NCBI GenBank assembly: GCA_965203905.1
Contig: CBDBDQ010000005.1
Coordinates: 2,976,001-3,040,000 of the forward strand
DNA length: 64,000 bases
DNA from: Spirochaetia bacterium
Lineage (GTDB): Bacteria > Spirochaetota > Spirochaetia > SZUA-6 > Bin103
Direction: 5' to 3'
Of the stretch, positions 10,491 to 19,562 are shown in pieces. The notes beneath the pieces are model-generated. The model ran no database searches. It had not been told where the DNA came from and saw nothing but the letters and a program-made list of their open reading frames with translations. Both the position numbers and the translations under genes were made by a program. Numbering within the stretch: position 1 is the first letter of the stretch; each line of letters begins with the position of its first letter.

Positions 10491-11855
10491 TCAAAGACCA
10501 AACTTCGCACGCTGCTCAAGTTCGGCTTCCAGGCGTTCTTCGACTGCAGTCTTGAGTCTACCCGTGACCACCTCTTCGGCCGACTTGAGGCCCAGGTACA
10601 GAGGATCCAACTCCTGCTGCAGTATCGTATAGATCCGGTCCCACTCGAACATCAACTGCAGCCAGGGTGGCCGATATGGTGAGGCGCCTTGCTCCATGGC
10701 CTTGGTATAGACATCGATATTGATGCCGAGTTCCGTGGCCCGCTCAAACCACTGTGCCTCGATCGACGGGATTCTTCTCGATGGCATATTACCGGAGTAA
10801 TCGAAGCGCCGTTGCTGGGCTTCCTCGGAGCGAAGTGCCTTCAGAACCTCCCATGCCTGGTCCTTGTGCTCTGACTTGGTAATGATATTGCCGGCAACGG
10901 CCGAGTGGATGACTCCCTGGGGAACGACGCCCTCAACCGCCGGGAAGGGCATGATATCGACCTCGAACGCATACTCCTGGCCCTCCGGCGGGAGCCACCA
11001 CCAGAATGGATGTGTGCCGTACTGGCCAGTCGCGAAACCCAGGCCCTGCGAAGGTGCTCCATCGACAAACACCACCGTCTTGTCCTTGTTGATAAGATCG
11101 GCGTAGAGCTGTAGTGCCGCGATGGACTCCGGCTTGTCCAGCGCGTACTTGACCGCGTATCCGTTGTCATCGACCTCGAACAACATTGCGCCGGGAACCA
11201 GGTTCCAGACGAAGTTGAGAATGATATCGATGCCACGGATGAACGCCATCCCGTATTGATCCGTTCTCCCATCACCGTTGGTGTCCGCGGTCATCTTCTT
11301 GAGATTTTCTCTGAACTCGGCAACGGTCCAGGGCGGATCATCGCGGTAGGGCACACCGGATTTTTCCATGATGTCCCTGTTGATCCAGAAGGATTGGCCA
11401 CTGGTCTGGCCGGGGAATCCCCATCTGATGGTGTTGCCGTCAACTATCATCGTGGAGAGCTTTTCAGGACCGGCCCAGAACTCCCAGCTCTGTACCTCCG
11501 GGTCGTTGTCCCAGTAGGGGGACAGGTCGATGATTTGACCATCGAAGTACATCCGCGGCCGTATCGTGCCGTCGAACACATCGGGCGGAGTTCCCGCGGC
11601 CCACAGCAGGTTGTACTTGTCCTCCAGCGTCTGCCCTGGTGTGGCCAGGATGAATTCAACGTCCACCCCTGGTACCAGTCTCTCCACAATCGCCTTGGTG
11701 TCGGCGAGCAACTCGTCGGTGCCGGGTGCGGGAACATGGACAGCGCCTCCCATGATCTGTATTTCCACGGTGTCTTCTACCGCCACTTCACCGCTCGCAA
11801 AAGCGACACCGCACAGCACTGCCAGCAAACCGGCGCTGGCTACGATTCGTTTCAT
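10491..11855 (-). CDS. Extracellular sugar-binding protein (family 1)
   Basis: Signal peptide MKRIVASAGLLAVLCGVAFASG, AAGTPPDV, DTNGDGRTDQYG, KDQAWE; AAGGAG SD before ATG at 11855. Confidence 0.88.
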   Translation of the reverse strand: MKRIVASAGLLAVLCGVAFASGEVAVEDTVEIQIMGGAVHVPAPGTDELLADTKAIVERLVPGVDVEFILATPGQTLEDKYNLLWAAGTPPDVFDGTIRPRMYFDGQIIDLSPYWDNDPEVQSWEFWAGPEKLSTMIVDGNTIRWGFPGQTSGQSFWINRDIMEKSGVPYRDDPPWTVAEFRENLKKMTADTNGDGRTDQYGMAFIRGIDIILNFVWNLVPGAMLFEVDDNGYAVKYALDKPESIAALQLYADLINKDKTVVFVDGAPSQGLGFATGQYGTHPFWWWLPPEGQEYAFEVDIMPFPAVEGVVPQGVIHSAVAGNIITKSEHKDQAWEVLKALRSEEAQQRRFDYSGNMPSRRIPSIEAQWFERATELGINIDVYTKAMEQGASPYRPPWLQLMFEWDRIYTILQQELDPLYLGLKSAEEVVTGRLKTAVEERLEAELEQRAKFGL

Positions 11856-11999
11856 ATCATTACTCCTTCGGTACTCGTTCCCAGTTTTGATCTGGGCTGT
11901 TTCGGCGAAATCGTTTTTCAAAAAGGATCCTGCTTGATGCTCCCCTCCTGTCCGATATTTTCGCTTATGGGTTCCGGTTGGGCGGCCCAGTGAGGATCT

Positions 12000-12084
12000 C
12001 GAACGCAAGCTTGAAACACCCGAACGCATCGGTTCCCTCAGCGCCGAGTAGGATCGCACGATGACCTGGCGCTGTCAAGCGTTT
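12000..12084 (-). promoter_or_regulatory. Putative promoter and operators of the CUT1 operon
   Basis: TTGACA at 12078-12073 inside AAACGCTTGACA; direct repeat CGAACGCA at 12000 and 12021 (21-bp period); -10 is weak. Confidence 0.45.
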
Positions 12085-12495
12085 CATCTTGATCATCCTC
12101 TCGCTGCTCGGCTGGCCGGGGCTTGCACGCGAGGTGCGCGGCAAGCTGATGGCGCTGCGGGGAGAAGACTTCGTCACCGCCGCCAAGGTGGCGGGCTGCA
12201 CGGAGCGCGTGATCATGTTCCGTCACCTGGTGCCGTCGTTCCTGAGCCACATCATCGCGTCCGGCACGCTGGCGATCCCGTGGATGATCCTCGGCGAGAC
12301 GGCGCTCAGCTTTCTGGGCATCGGCCTGCAACCGCCGGCCATCAGTTGGGGCGTGCTGTTGAAGGCGGCGCAGAACGTCAAGGCGATCGTGGCGACGCGT
12401 GGCTGCTGCTACCGGGGCTGTTCGTGGTGGCGATGACCCTGTCGTTCAACTTCCTGGAAGACGGATTGCGCGACGCCGCGGATCCCTACAAGTAG
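12085..12495 (+). pseudogene. 5'-truncated, frameshifted OppC/DppC permease fragment
   Basis: IILSLLGWPGLAREVRGK...ETALSFLGIG in one frame, WLLLPG...DGLRDAADPYK in another (shift near 12397); no N-terminal half. Confidence 0.9.
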
Positions 12496-12501
12496 CCCAG
12501 C

Positions 12502-15171
12502 CTACGCGACGTCCGGCCGGATGAACAGTGTCACCACTTCCCAAGGGGCAATGGCAAAGGACAACCGCTGCGCCGAGATGCTCACTGCCTTCCCCGCGTC
12601 CAGGGGGTCCCCGTAGAAGTCGGTCTCGGCCGCGGCCGCGATCGCGAACGGGAACACCAGCTCGGCCTGACAGCGCTTCCCGTGGCTCTCGTACAGCCGC
12701 ACCACCACCCGGTTTCCTTCCCGGTACAGGCCGGTCATGAACACGCTGTCCGGTCGCACCTGAACCAGGCTGTCCGCGGCCGGCAGCGACGGTCGCGGGG
12801 CCCTGCGCCGGCGCTTGCCCACGGTGCAGAGCAGCGGTTCCTGGTACTCCGACGCCCTGCGATGCACCTGCGCCCGGCGCCAATCTCCCGCGTGCGGATA
12901 GATCGAGTAGCGCAGGCGCTGCAGCCCCCTGGCCTCGTGCAGCCGGCTGATGTGTCGCCAGCAGGTTCTCGTGGGTATGGTGCGCGTCTTGAGAAGGATG
13001 TGCTTCGCCACGTTCTCGTCCGGGTCGTAGTCGAACCCGGTCTGCCCCGGCGAGCTCAGGAGCGCAACTCCTCCGCGGGAAGCGGAGGAATAGTCGATCC
13101 ACCGTTCCGCGGAGAACGAGTGAGGATAACTCGCGTTTGCGAAGTTGGTGCCGCACGGCTCCGTGGCACGGTCCACCACCTCGGCACCGAACGGCACGTG
13201 GCCCACCATGGTCCCGGCGCAGGCGAGCGGGAACTTCGCCTTGAACACCCCGTCTCCGCCCTTGCTGTCGATCTCCACGACGCAGTCGATGCGCGCCAGG
13301 TCCCGGTAGATGACCACCTCCTTGCGGATGCCGTGCGCTCCTATCGCCCCACGCGTTACGACCCGCGACCAGACCGGGCCCCTTTCGACGCTCGCGAGCC
13401 GCATGTCGTGCTGCTCGATTTCGCCGGTGAACGGCCCCAGCGTGTCGAAGTCATCGGCGGCGTCCAGCGTGCTGTAGGAGATGGCATTCGCCGCCATGGC
13501 CCCGCTGGCGAACAGGTTGGTGCGGCTCCCCTTGAGCACTACCGAGCCGAGGCCGCCGCGGCCGACGACGACGTCGAAGTAGCGGTTGCCGAGCGTCACT
13601 CCGGGTGCGGCCGAGGTCGGCTCCTCTGGCTGAGGCGGCGCCATGCTCGTGGTCGGGTCGTTGTTACGGGTCGCGTAGTAGGTGGCGTATCCCAGCGCGC
13701 CGACGGTGGCGATGAACGCTACGACAACGTGCTTCAGCGTTCCGTCCGCGTGCAGATCCTGCTGCGTGATCTGAAACGGGACCGGACGATCGGCGCTGTC
13801 CCTGATGGCGACTGCGCGGGCCGAGCCCGCCGCGAACTCCAGCTCGGCCGCGACCACGTCGGTGCGGTCCCATCCCAGGGAGTTGAAGATGACGATGGGA
13901 GTGCCGGTGTGCCGGTGTCGAATCCTGCCGGCGAGGACCTGCAGCGTGGCGCGAGTCAGGTGCTGAGCCTGCCGCTGAATGCGCTTCTGCCGTGCCAGCA
14001 GGCGGTCGTAGTCGTTGGTGAAGGCCATCCGTATGGCGTGGCCGGTGGTGGTGAACAGGTCGTTCCACAGCTTGTCGAACCGCTGCTCCGGATAGGGCCG
14101 GTCCAGACAGACGCTCCCGATACTCGCCAGCCGCTCGGCGGTCGTGATCGCGATCTCGTCGCGGAACCACCACACGAACAGGCTTTCATTGCCCAGGATG
14201 CCGAACCGACAGGCGCAACCCGAGGAGTCGAGGACCCCCGAGATTACTGGCAACTTCCCCTCGTGTTGCTCCAACTCCGTGAAGTACTCGGCCGGGGTCG
14301 CGAACAGCAGCGGCACCCCCTCGCGCCGATTCCACTCCCGCACCAGACCGATGATGTCCACGGGCTGTCCCCTGAGGTCCCGCAGCGGCCGGCAGTCGTC
14401 ACCGCCGCGCGAATACCAGACGATCCCCGCGTTCCCCAGCGTGGAATAGTCGATCTGCACCTTGTCCACCGGCTTGCCGCGGCGGTAGACGATGATGAAT
14501 CGATGCTTGATCTCCTCGTATATGACGTTCGCCGCCTTGGGCCAGTCCTCCGCGAAGTCGTGGGGGAAGGCGCGGGCGTCCGCCAGCGTGCCGTAGCCGT
14601 AGCCGCCGCGACTGGAGAGGATCCTGGTGCCGTCCAGTCCCTCCCAGTAGAAGTCCACCAACTCGTTCAAGCTGGGCCGCGTGAACCGGTAGAAGCGATA
14701 ACCACCCTTCTTCAGGAGTTGCGGTATCTGCGAATGACCGGGCGTCAGGTCGTTGGCGGTGTACACCTCGGTCCGAGTGTCGAATACGCGCTCGAAGTAC
14801 CTGCGGCCGTAGACCATGTTGCGGATGAAGGTCTCGCCGCCCACGGCGTCGAACGCGGGATTGCTGATGGTGTTCGGTGCCACTTCGATTCGGCCTTGCT
14901 GGATCCTGCGGCGCAGCTCGGCCATGCGCTCGGGGGCGCGGCGTGCGAACGGCGACAGCTCCTCGTAGGCGGTGTCGAAGTACCACTTGTAGTCGGGGTC
15001 GCGATCCATGATGTCGAGCACTTCGTGGAAGATCAGCGTGTAGCGATCCTCGTGCCAGCGCCTGGTATGCGACCAGGCGTTGTCGCAGTGCGCATAGGGC
15101 AACAGGAAAATCTTCCTGGGCTTGGTCGTGCTCGCTGCGCCGTTCCCTGCGTTCTTCACTGTGGCCGGCAT
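12502..15171 (-). CDS. GH38 alpha-mannosidase-family glycoside hydrolase
   Basis: HCDNAW Zn motif, GETFIRN, NDLTPGHSQIPQLL nucleophile region, FYWEGLDGT, IFNSLGWDR, VVRLYE; GGAGG SD before ATG at 15171. Confidence 0.9.
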   Translation of the reverse strand: MPATVKNAGNGAASTTKPRKIFLLPYAHCDNAWSHTRRWHEDRYTLIFHEVLDIMDRDPDYKWYFDTAYEELSPFARRAPERMAELRRRIQQGRIEVAPNTISNPAFDAVGGETFIRNMVYGRRYFERVFDTRTEVYTANDLTPGHSQIPQLLKKGGYRFYRFTRPSLNELVDFYWEGLDGTRILSSRGGYGYGTLADARAFPHDFAEDWPKAANVIYEEIKHRFIIVYRRGKPVDKVQIDYSTLGNAGIVWYSRGGDDCRPLRDLRGQPVDIIGLVREWNRREGVPLLFATPAEYFTELEQHEGKLPVISGVLDSSGCACRFGILGNESLFVWWFRDEIAITTAERLASIGSVCLDRPYPEQRFDKLWNDLFTTTGHAIRMAFTNDYDRLLARQKRIQRQAQHLTRATLQVLAGRIRHRHTGTPIVIFNSLGWDRTDVVAAELEFAAGSARAVAIRDSADRPVPFQITQQDLHADGTLKHVVVAFIATVGALGYATYYATRNNDPTTSMAPPQPEEPTSAAPGVTLGNRYFDVVVGRGGLGSVVLKGSRTNLFASGAMAANAISYSTLDAADDFDTLGPFTGEIEQHDMRLASVERGPVWSRVVTRGAIGAHGIRKEVVIYRDLARIDCVVEIDSKGGDGVFKAKFPLACAGTMVGHVPFGAEVVDRATEPCGTNFANASYPHSFSAERWIDYSSASRGGVALLSSPGQTGFDYDPDENVAKHILLKTRTIPTRTCWRHISRLHEARGLQRLRYSIYPHAGDWRRAQVHRRASEYQEPLLCTVGKRRRRAPRPSLPAADSLVQVRPDSVFMTGLYREGNRVVVRLYESHGKRCQAELVFPFAIAAAAETDFYGDPLDAGKAVSISAQRLSFAIAPWEVVTLFIRPDVA

Positions 15172-15223
15172 GGCATCCTCCACTTCATAGTAAGCGAATG
15201 GCCGCCGCCGTCCAGCGCGTGCC

Positions 15224-16614
15224 TTACAGCGTCACCTCGAACGATTGGTGGCCGGCGTCGGGCACAACCGTGAGCTGCCGGCCGTTGGCGTGGATCGTGA
15301 CCGGCATCGGCGCCGGCTCGACCGTGACGGTGACGTCGCGCGACTCGGTGTACGGAGCCGGCAGGTTCTGCAGCGAAGAGGACAGCGCCAGTTCTAACTG
15401 GTTCGCGGACCAGCGCACGTCGTTCACGGCCACGCTGTCGATCGGGGTCACGCTGCGGCGGGCCAGGTCGACGTGCAGCGCGCCGTAGTGGAGTTCCAGG
15501 TAGGCCGCGGCCGCCAGGGCGCCGCCTCCCGACCAGTTCATTCCCGACCAGCCGGCGGCGCGCACGCCGGCCGGGTCGTAGTCGAGCCCGTGGTGGATGC
15601 ACTCCGGGGCGTAGCCCTGCCCCGGCTGCGCGCCGTTCTTGCCGGCGCCGTTGGGGAAGAAGTGGCCGTCGTGCGCCCGCAGGCGGTTGATGCCGTTGGC
15701 GTGGTTCTCCGCCATGTCCATCAGCGCGAAGCCGGCGCGGCAGGCGGCCACGGCGCGTTCCAGATAGTGCGGGTTGCCGGTGGCCCGGTAGTAGTCGGCG
15801 AAGGTGGAGACGAAGCGGCACTGGCGTGTCGTTGAAGTCGAGCCGGTCGATGGTGTTCCGCACTACCCACGTGGCCGCCTTGACGGCCGCGTCGGCGAAC
15901 TTGCCGTTGTCCGACAGGGATGCCAGGCGAGCGAGCACGGCTCCGCTGATGCAGGTGGTGGCGCTCTCGCGGAGCTGTCTCACCGGTTGCAGGTCGTGGA
16001 AGAACCAGGTCGGAATGGCCCCGCTCGGGACCTGTGCCTCGACCAGGAACTGTCCATAACGGGTGGCGTTCTCCAGGGTGGGAGGCGTTTCGCCCAACAA
16101 CTCGTGGTGCAGCAGCGACCACCAGGTAGAGACCCCCATCGCCGCGCTGTCGTAGCAGGTGAGGGAGTCCGCGACCCGGCCGGTCCACTACAGGGTGCCT
16201 TCCCAGCAGGCGCGCTCGAAGTGGTAGATGCACGGAAACGCACCCCGGTTGCGCGGCGAGCGGTTGAACAGGTTGATGATGCCCTCCGCGGCCGCCACCA
16301 GGTCGTCGCGCCCCCACTCCCGGTCGTAGTGGCGGATGCCGAAGGCGACATGCAGGTCGTTTCCCAAGTACGCCGGCTTACGTCCATGCTCAGCCGCGCG
16401 CTGACACCGTAGTCGGTGAGGGTATACGTCTGGGTCAACGTCTGGTTGAGAAACCGTTTCTCAAGCGTGACCGAATCTCGTACAGGCTGGCACGGGCGAT
16501 CAGGCCGGTACCGCACACGACCGTCCAGCGTCCGGCGCTGCGGATCAGGAATTGGAGGTAGACGCCCGCCTCGCTCTCGTGAACCGCAATCGCGCGGTCG
16601 CCTCTTTCCAGCAT
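15224..16614 (-). pseudogene. Degraded large hypothetical gene (possibly alpha/alpha-barrel carbohydrate-active protein)
   Basis: Coherent peptide blocks in changing frames (MLERGDRAIAVHESEAGVYLQF; LEKRFLNQTLTQTY; NDLHVAFGIRHY...; SGAIPTW...; ADYYRATGNPHYLERAVAACRAGF), in-frame TAG at 16190-16188, apparent internal deletions. Confidence 0.7.
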
Positions 16615-17620
16615 GCGGGCGGCTTTGGGGAGTCAGGCCGCGGACACGACGCGCCGAATTGCGGCGATGTGCTCGGGGCCGGAGGCGCAACAGCCGCCGA
16701 CGATCTGCGCCCCCGCGTCGAGCCAGTCGGCTGCGAACTCGGCGATGCGCGACGGGTAGTAGTCCGCCGTCTGGAGGATGTCCGGTCCGCTGCTGGGCCG
16801 ATGGGTGGTGAGCACGGGGCGGTTGGCGACCGGTCCCGTGGGGTTGTAGCCGAGGTTGGGGTAGGCGCCGATGACGCCGCCGTACGCCGCACGCAACAGC
16901 GGCAGGCCGGCCGAGATCGCCTCCGGGCTGCTGCACATCAGCAGGATGCCGGCAACCGGTCGCGCGCCCAGCGCCGCCACCAGGTCGGTGAACGACTCGC
17001 CGTACAGCATGCTGCCGTCGGCGTTGATCTCGCGGGTCCCGATGAGCACCGGCAGGCCGGTGTCGGCGGCGGCGTCGTACGCGGCCACGCACTCGTCGAC
17101 GTACCCCAGGAACTCGCACCAGATGCAGTCCACGCCGCACTCCGCCAGGAGCCGCGCATGGCCCGCCATCTCCTCCTGAAACGCGTCTTTTCCGAGGCGC
17201 TCGACGTCGGAGGTCAGGTCTCCGGTGTGGCGGTCCTGCAGCGCCGGAGGCGCGATGCCGCCGGCGATGTGGACGGTCGCCTCGGGCCGCTCGCAGGCGG
17301 CCGCGGCGCGCGCCCGCAGCGCGATTTCCACCGCCGCGGCTGCATGTTCCCGCCACCGATCCCGCATGCCGACGGTGGCCAGACGCGTCGGACTGGTCCA
17401 GAAGTTGTTGCTGGTGATGATGGCGGCGCCTACCCGCAGGTAATCCTGATGCACCTGCTGCACCACGTCCGCGTGGCTGAGGTTGGCCAGCGCCGACCAC
17501 GCCTTCAATTGCTTCTCGACCTGCTCCAGGACGTTGACGCCGCGCCGCTGCAGCTCCGACCCGGTACCCCCGTCCAGAACCAGCCGCTCACCGCCCTCCA
17601 ACCGTTCGACGATGGTCATT
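16475..17620. repeat. Direct repeat copy 1 (~1.14 kb: HMT gene plus 5' end of downstream gene)
   Basis: Aligns from ATCTCGTACAGGCTGGCACGG to CGATGGTCATT with 22098..23231. Confidence 0.92.
16633..17619 (-). CDS. Homocysteine S-methyltransferase family protein, copy 1 (328 aa)
   Basis: LDGGTGSEL, VHQDYLRVGA, LMC and GGCC Zn ligands, GAYPN; AGGAGG SD before ATG at 17619. Confidence 0.9.
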   Translation of the reverse strand: MTIVERLEGGERLVLDGGTGSELQRRGVNVLEQVEKQLKAWSALANLSHADVVQQVHQDYLRVGAAIITSNNFWTSPTRLATVGMRDRWREHAAAAVEIALRARAAAACERPEATVHIAGGIAPPALQDRHTGDLTSDVERLGKDAFQEEMAGHARLLAECGVDCIWCEFLGYVDECVAAYDAAADTGLPVLIGTREINADGSMLYGESFTDLVAALGARPVAGILLMCSSPEAISAGLPLLRAAYGGVIGAYPNLGYNPTGPVANRPVLTTHRPSSGPDILQTADYYPSRIAEFAADWLDAGAQIVGGCCASGPEHIAAIRRVVSAA

Positions 17621-17674
17621 TCCCCTCCTGCTGTTCCGCCGTCGCGCGTTCTCGGTCGAGCACCCGCGGATCCC

Positions 17675-17903
17675 GGTAGTGACTCATTTTGAAATCTCGC
17701 CGTCGCGAGGGCGCTTCTTGTAGGTCTTGGGCCGGTTGGGCGGGGGCGCTGCCGCATCCATCATCCTGACGAGTTCGCCCAGGTCCATCGGGTGGCGGGC
17801 AACGCCGGCTGCCACCGCGAGCGTGATCTTGGTCCATGAAGTCCAGTGCCGTTTCGCTGGTACGGTCGCCGAGCCTCCACGTGGGGACCAGCTTGGTGTC
17901 GGC
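17675..17903 (-). mobile_element. Internally deleted IS1-family element remnant with one terminal IR
   Basis: ADTKLVPTWRLGDRTSETALDFMD joined out of frame to KITLAVAAGV...PPNRPKTYKKR...EISK*; terminal GGTAGTGACTCATTTTGAAAT at 17675-17695. Confidence 0.75.
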
Positions 17904-18065
17904 GCGTCGCTTGATGCGCAGATGGACTCTAATTCTCGCGGCTTGGCAGCCGGAGCGCAGAAGGCTGCGGGGATGGCGTTTGGGCTGGATCAGGCGGTGG
18001 AGTGGCCGGCGGTGGTACAGAAGGAGGCTGCGGCGGATGCCCGCGGGTGTGCCCGGGGGCCGGTA

Positions 18066-18540
18066 TTATGCCTGGCCGCTGGCGTAGTCGTGCGTGAGAA
18101 GGTCCTTGGCTGCCTGGGCAGCCTGGATGTTCAGGTCGTCCAGTATCGGCAAATCCGTCAGGCTTCCGGTCGCTTCGTCGAGATCCCGTTTTTAGGTCGT
18201 TCCATCGTTCCTCCGATACTTCGTCTGAAATGCGCCCGTTTCGAACCCGCGCCCACAGTCCACGCGCCTCGCCCGCAACACCGTCACAACGCGCGCAGAC
18301 TGCCCTGACATCGGCCAAAGTGCCCAGAGGTTTCCCGGATCAAGGTGATGATCGAGAAGACGATCACGCCTGCATTCGCCACCACGGCGATCATCGAAGG
18401 CATCTCTGCTATCAATGCAGTGCCCGCTCCGGCTGCCAGCACCGCCAAGACAATACCAGTTGATACCGTGGGGCGTGCTGCCGCGCAGTCGACCTCATGG
18501 TGAGTTTGCGAACCATCTCATCCGGGGGCCCCTGCCTGCG
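18066..18540 (-). pseudogene. Frameshifted two-TM (SLATT-like architecture) gene remnant
   Basis: GIVLAVLAAGAGTALIAEMPSMIAVVANAGVIVFSIITL (2 TM), then shifted LADVRAVCARCDGVAGEARGLWARV...ERWNDLK, then shifted at an A5 run RDLDEATG...LNIQAAQAAKDLLTHDYASGQA*; 5' boundary approximate. Confidence 0.5.
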
Positions 18541-18581
18541 TCGCGAAAGTGCCCTACGATGTCGGCATTGGTGCACCGATA

Positions 18582-19562
18582 TCAATTTGGCAAGATGCAG
18601 TGGTCCTTGAACAAGCCTACGACGATGTGGCCATAATCAGTTACGGGCGAATTCACCGGAGGCGATTCGTACAAGAAGTGAATCCGGTCCACATTCGGAC
18701 GCAGCTTGACATGCCACCAGAACACTTTGTTGGTCCCACGATGACTCCGTGTACGGTCCAGCTCGGACCGTAGGTGCCTCTTGGTACGGCCATTCTCATC
18801 CGAGGTTTCGGATCCGATCTTTGCCGACAAACGTCGCTGCAAATCACGAGGGTCTCCGCTGCGATAATGGTGGAAATATTCCGCTCCATAGTCGCTCAGA
18901 CCACCTAGACTACGGACTAGCTTGTCCCGTATTTCGATGTACGGGAGGTTGAAATCGCCGAGACCACGCCACAGGTCGTCGGCCCACTCGAGCGCCGGGA
19001 AAGCAGACCGAGCGAGACGTTCGAATCCCGCCTCATCCAAGTTCTCAAGCGCCACGATCGCCCGAAAGAAACCAACGTGATGGGACTCATCGGTTACGAA
19101 GAAGACTTCGGTAGTAGCACTATCCACGGTAACAGACACCCGTCCATATGTTCCTTCGCCGATCGATAGTGGCAGAACCGCTATGTGATGTTTCTGCAAG
19201 CAACAGGCGTGTGCCCACACCACTCCTGGAGCGAACCGCACGGCTCCGTGGAAAATAGCACTGCATTCGAGTAGCTCTGAATCGTCGAATACATTGACTC
19301 GATCAAGAGCCAACATCAACCGCATAGCGAGGTCACGATCGAGTTGCACACGACAGTCTGGCTCAAATAGCGCGGAGTAGAGTTCCACGTCGTCGCCGAG
19401 AGCGGCTCTATAGAAGTCAGTGTGTCTGACGACGCATTCATTTCGCTCGCGGGCGACATCAAGCCTCGTGAGCAAGTGCTTGATTGCGTGCGACAGCGCT
19501 CCCATCCCGACCGTGGTCGCCGCTGCCCATGACGATTCATCGAGTACGAACCTGGCAGTCAC
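18582..19562 (-). CDS. nsnC: Menshen NsnC-like effector (C-terminal RelE/Gp49-like nuclease motif)
   Basis: Third gene after DUF262 and DUF3696 ATPase, GTGA-coupled; C-terminal S.E...T...R...FWWHVKL...RIHF...IVVG..H pattern. Confidence 0.65.
   Translation of the reverse strand: MTARFVLDESSWAAATTVGMGALSHAIKHLLTRLDVARERNECVVRHTDFYRAALGDDVELYSALFEPDCRVQLDRDLAMRLMLALDRVNVFDDSELLECSAIFHGAVRFAPGVVWAHACCLQKHHIAVLPLSIGEGTYGRVSVTVDSATTEVFFVTDESHHVGFFRAIVALENLDEAGFERLARSAFPALEWADDLWRGLGDFNLPYIEIRDKLVRSLGGLSDYGAEYFHHYRSGDPRDLQRRLSAKIGSETSDENGRTKRHLRSELDRTRSHRGTNKVFWWHVKLRPNVDRIHFLYESPPVNSPVTDYGHIVVGLFKDHCILPN

Noticed and set aside
12682-15273. 863-aa plus-strand ORF
   Set aside because: Antisense shadow of the GH38 gene; no recognisable motifs, and stop codons are rare in high-GC DNA
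16475-16632. Conserved sequence downstream of both HMT genes as a possible ncRNA or att site
   Set aside because: Translates as the decayed 5' end of the downstream gene; no tRNA, integrase or convincing structure
17929-18318. 129-aa ORF with a Pro-rich tail
   Set aside because: Only its first ~43 codons fit the 2TM pseudogene; the tail comes from a frameshift
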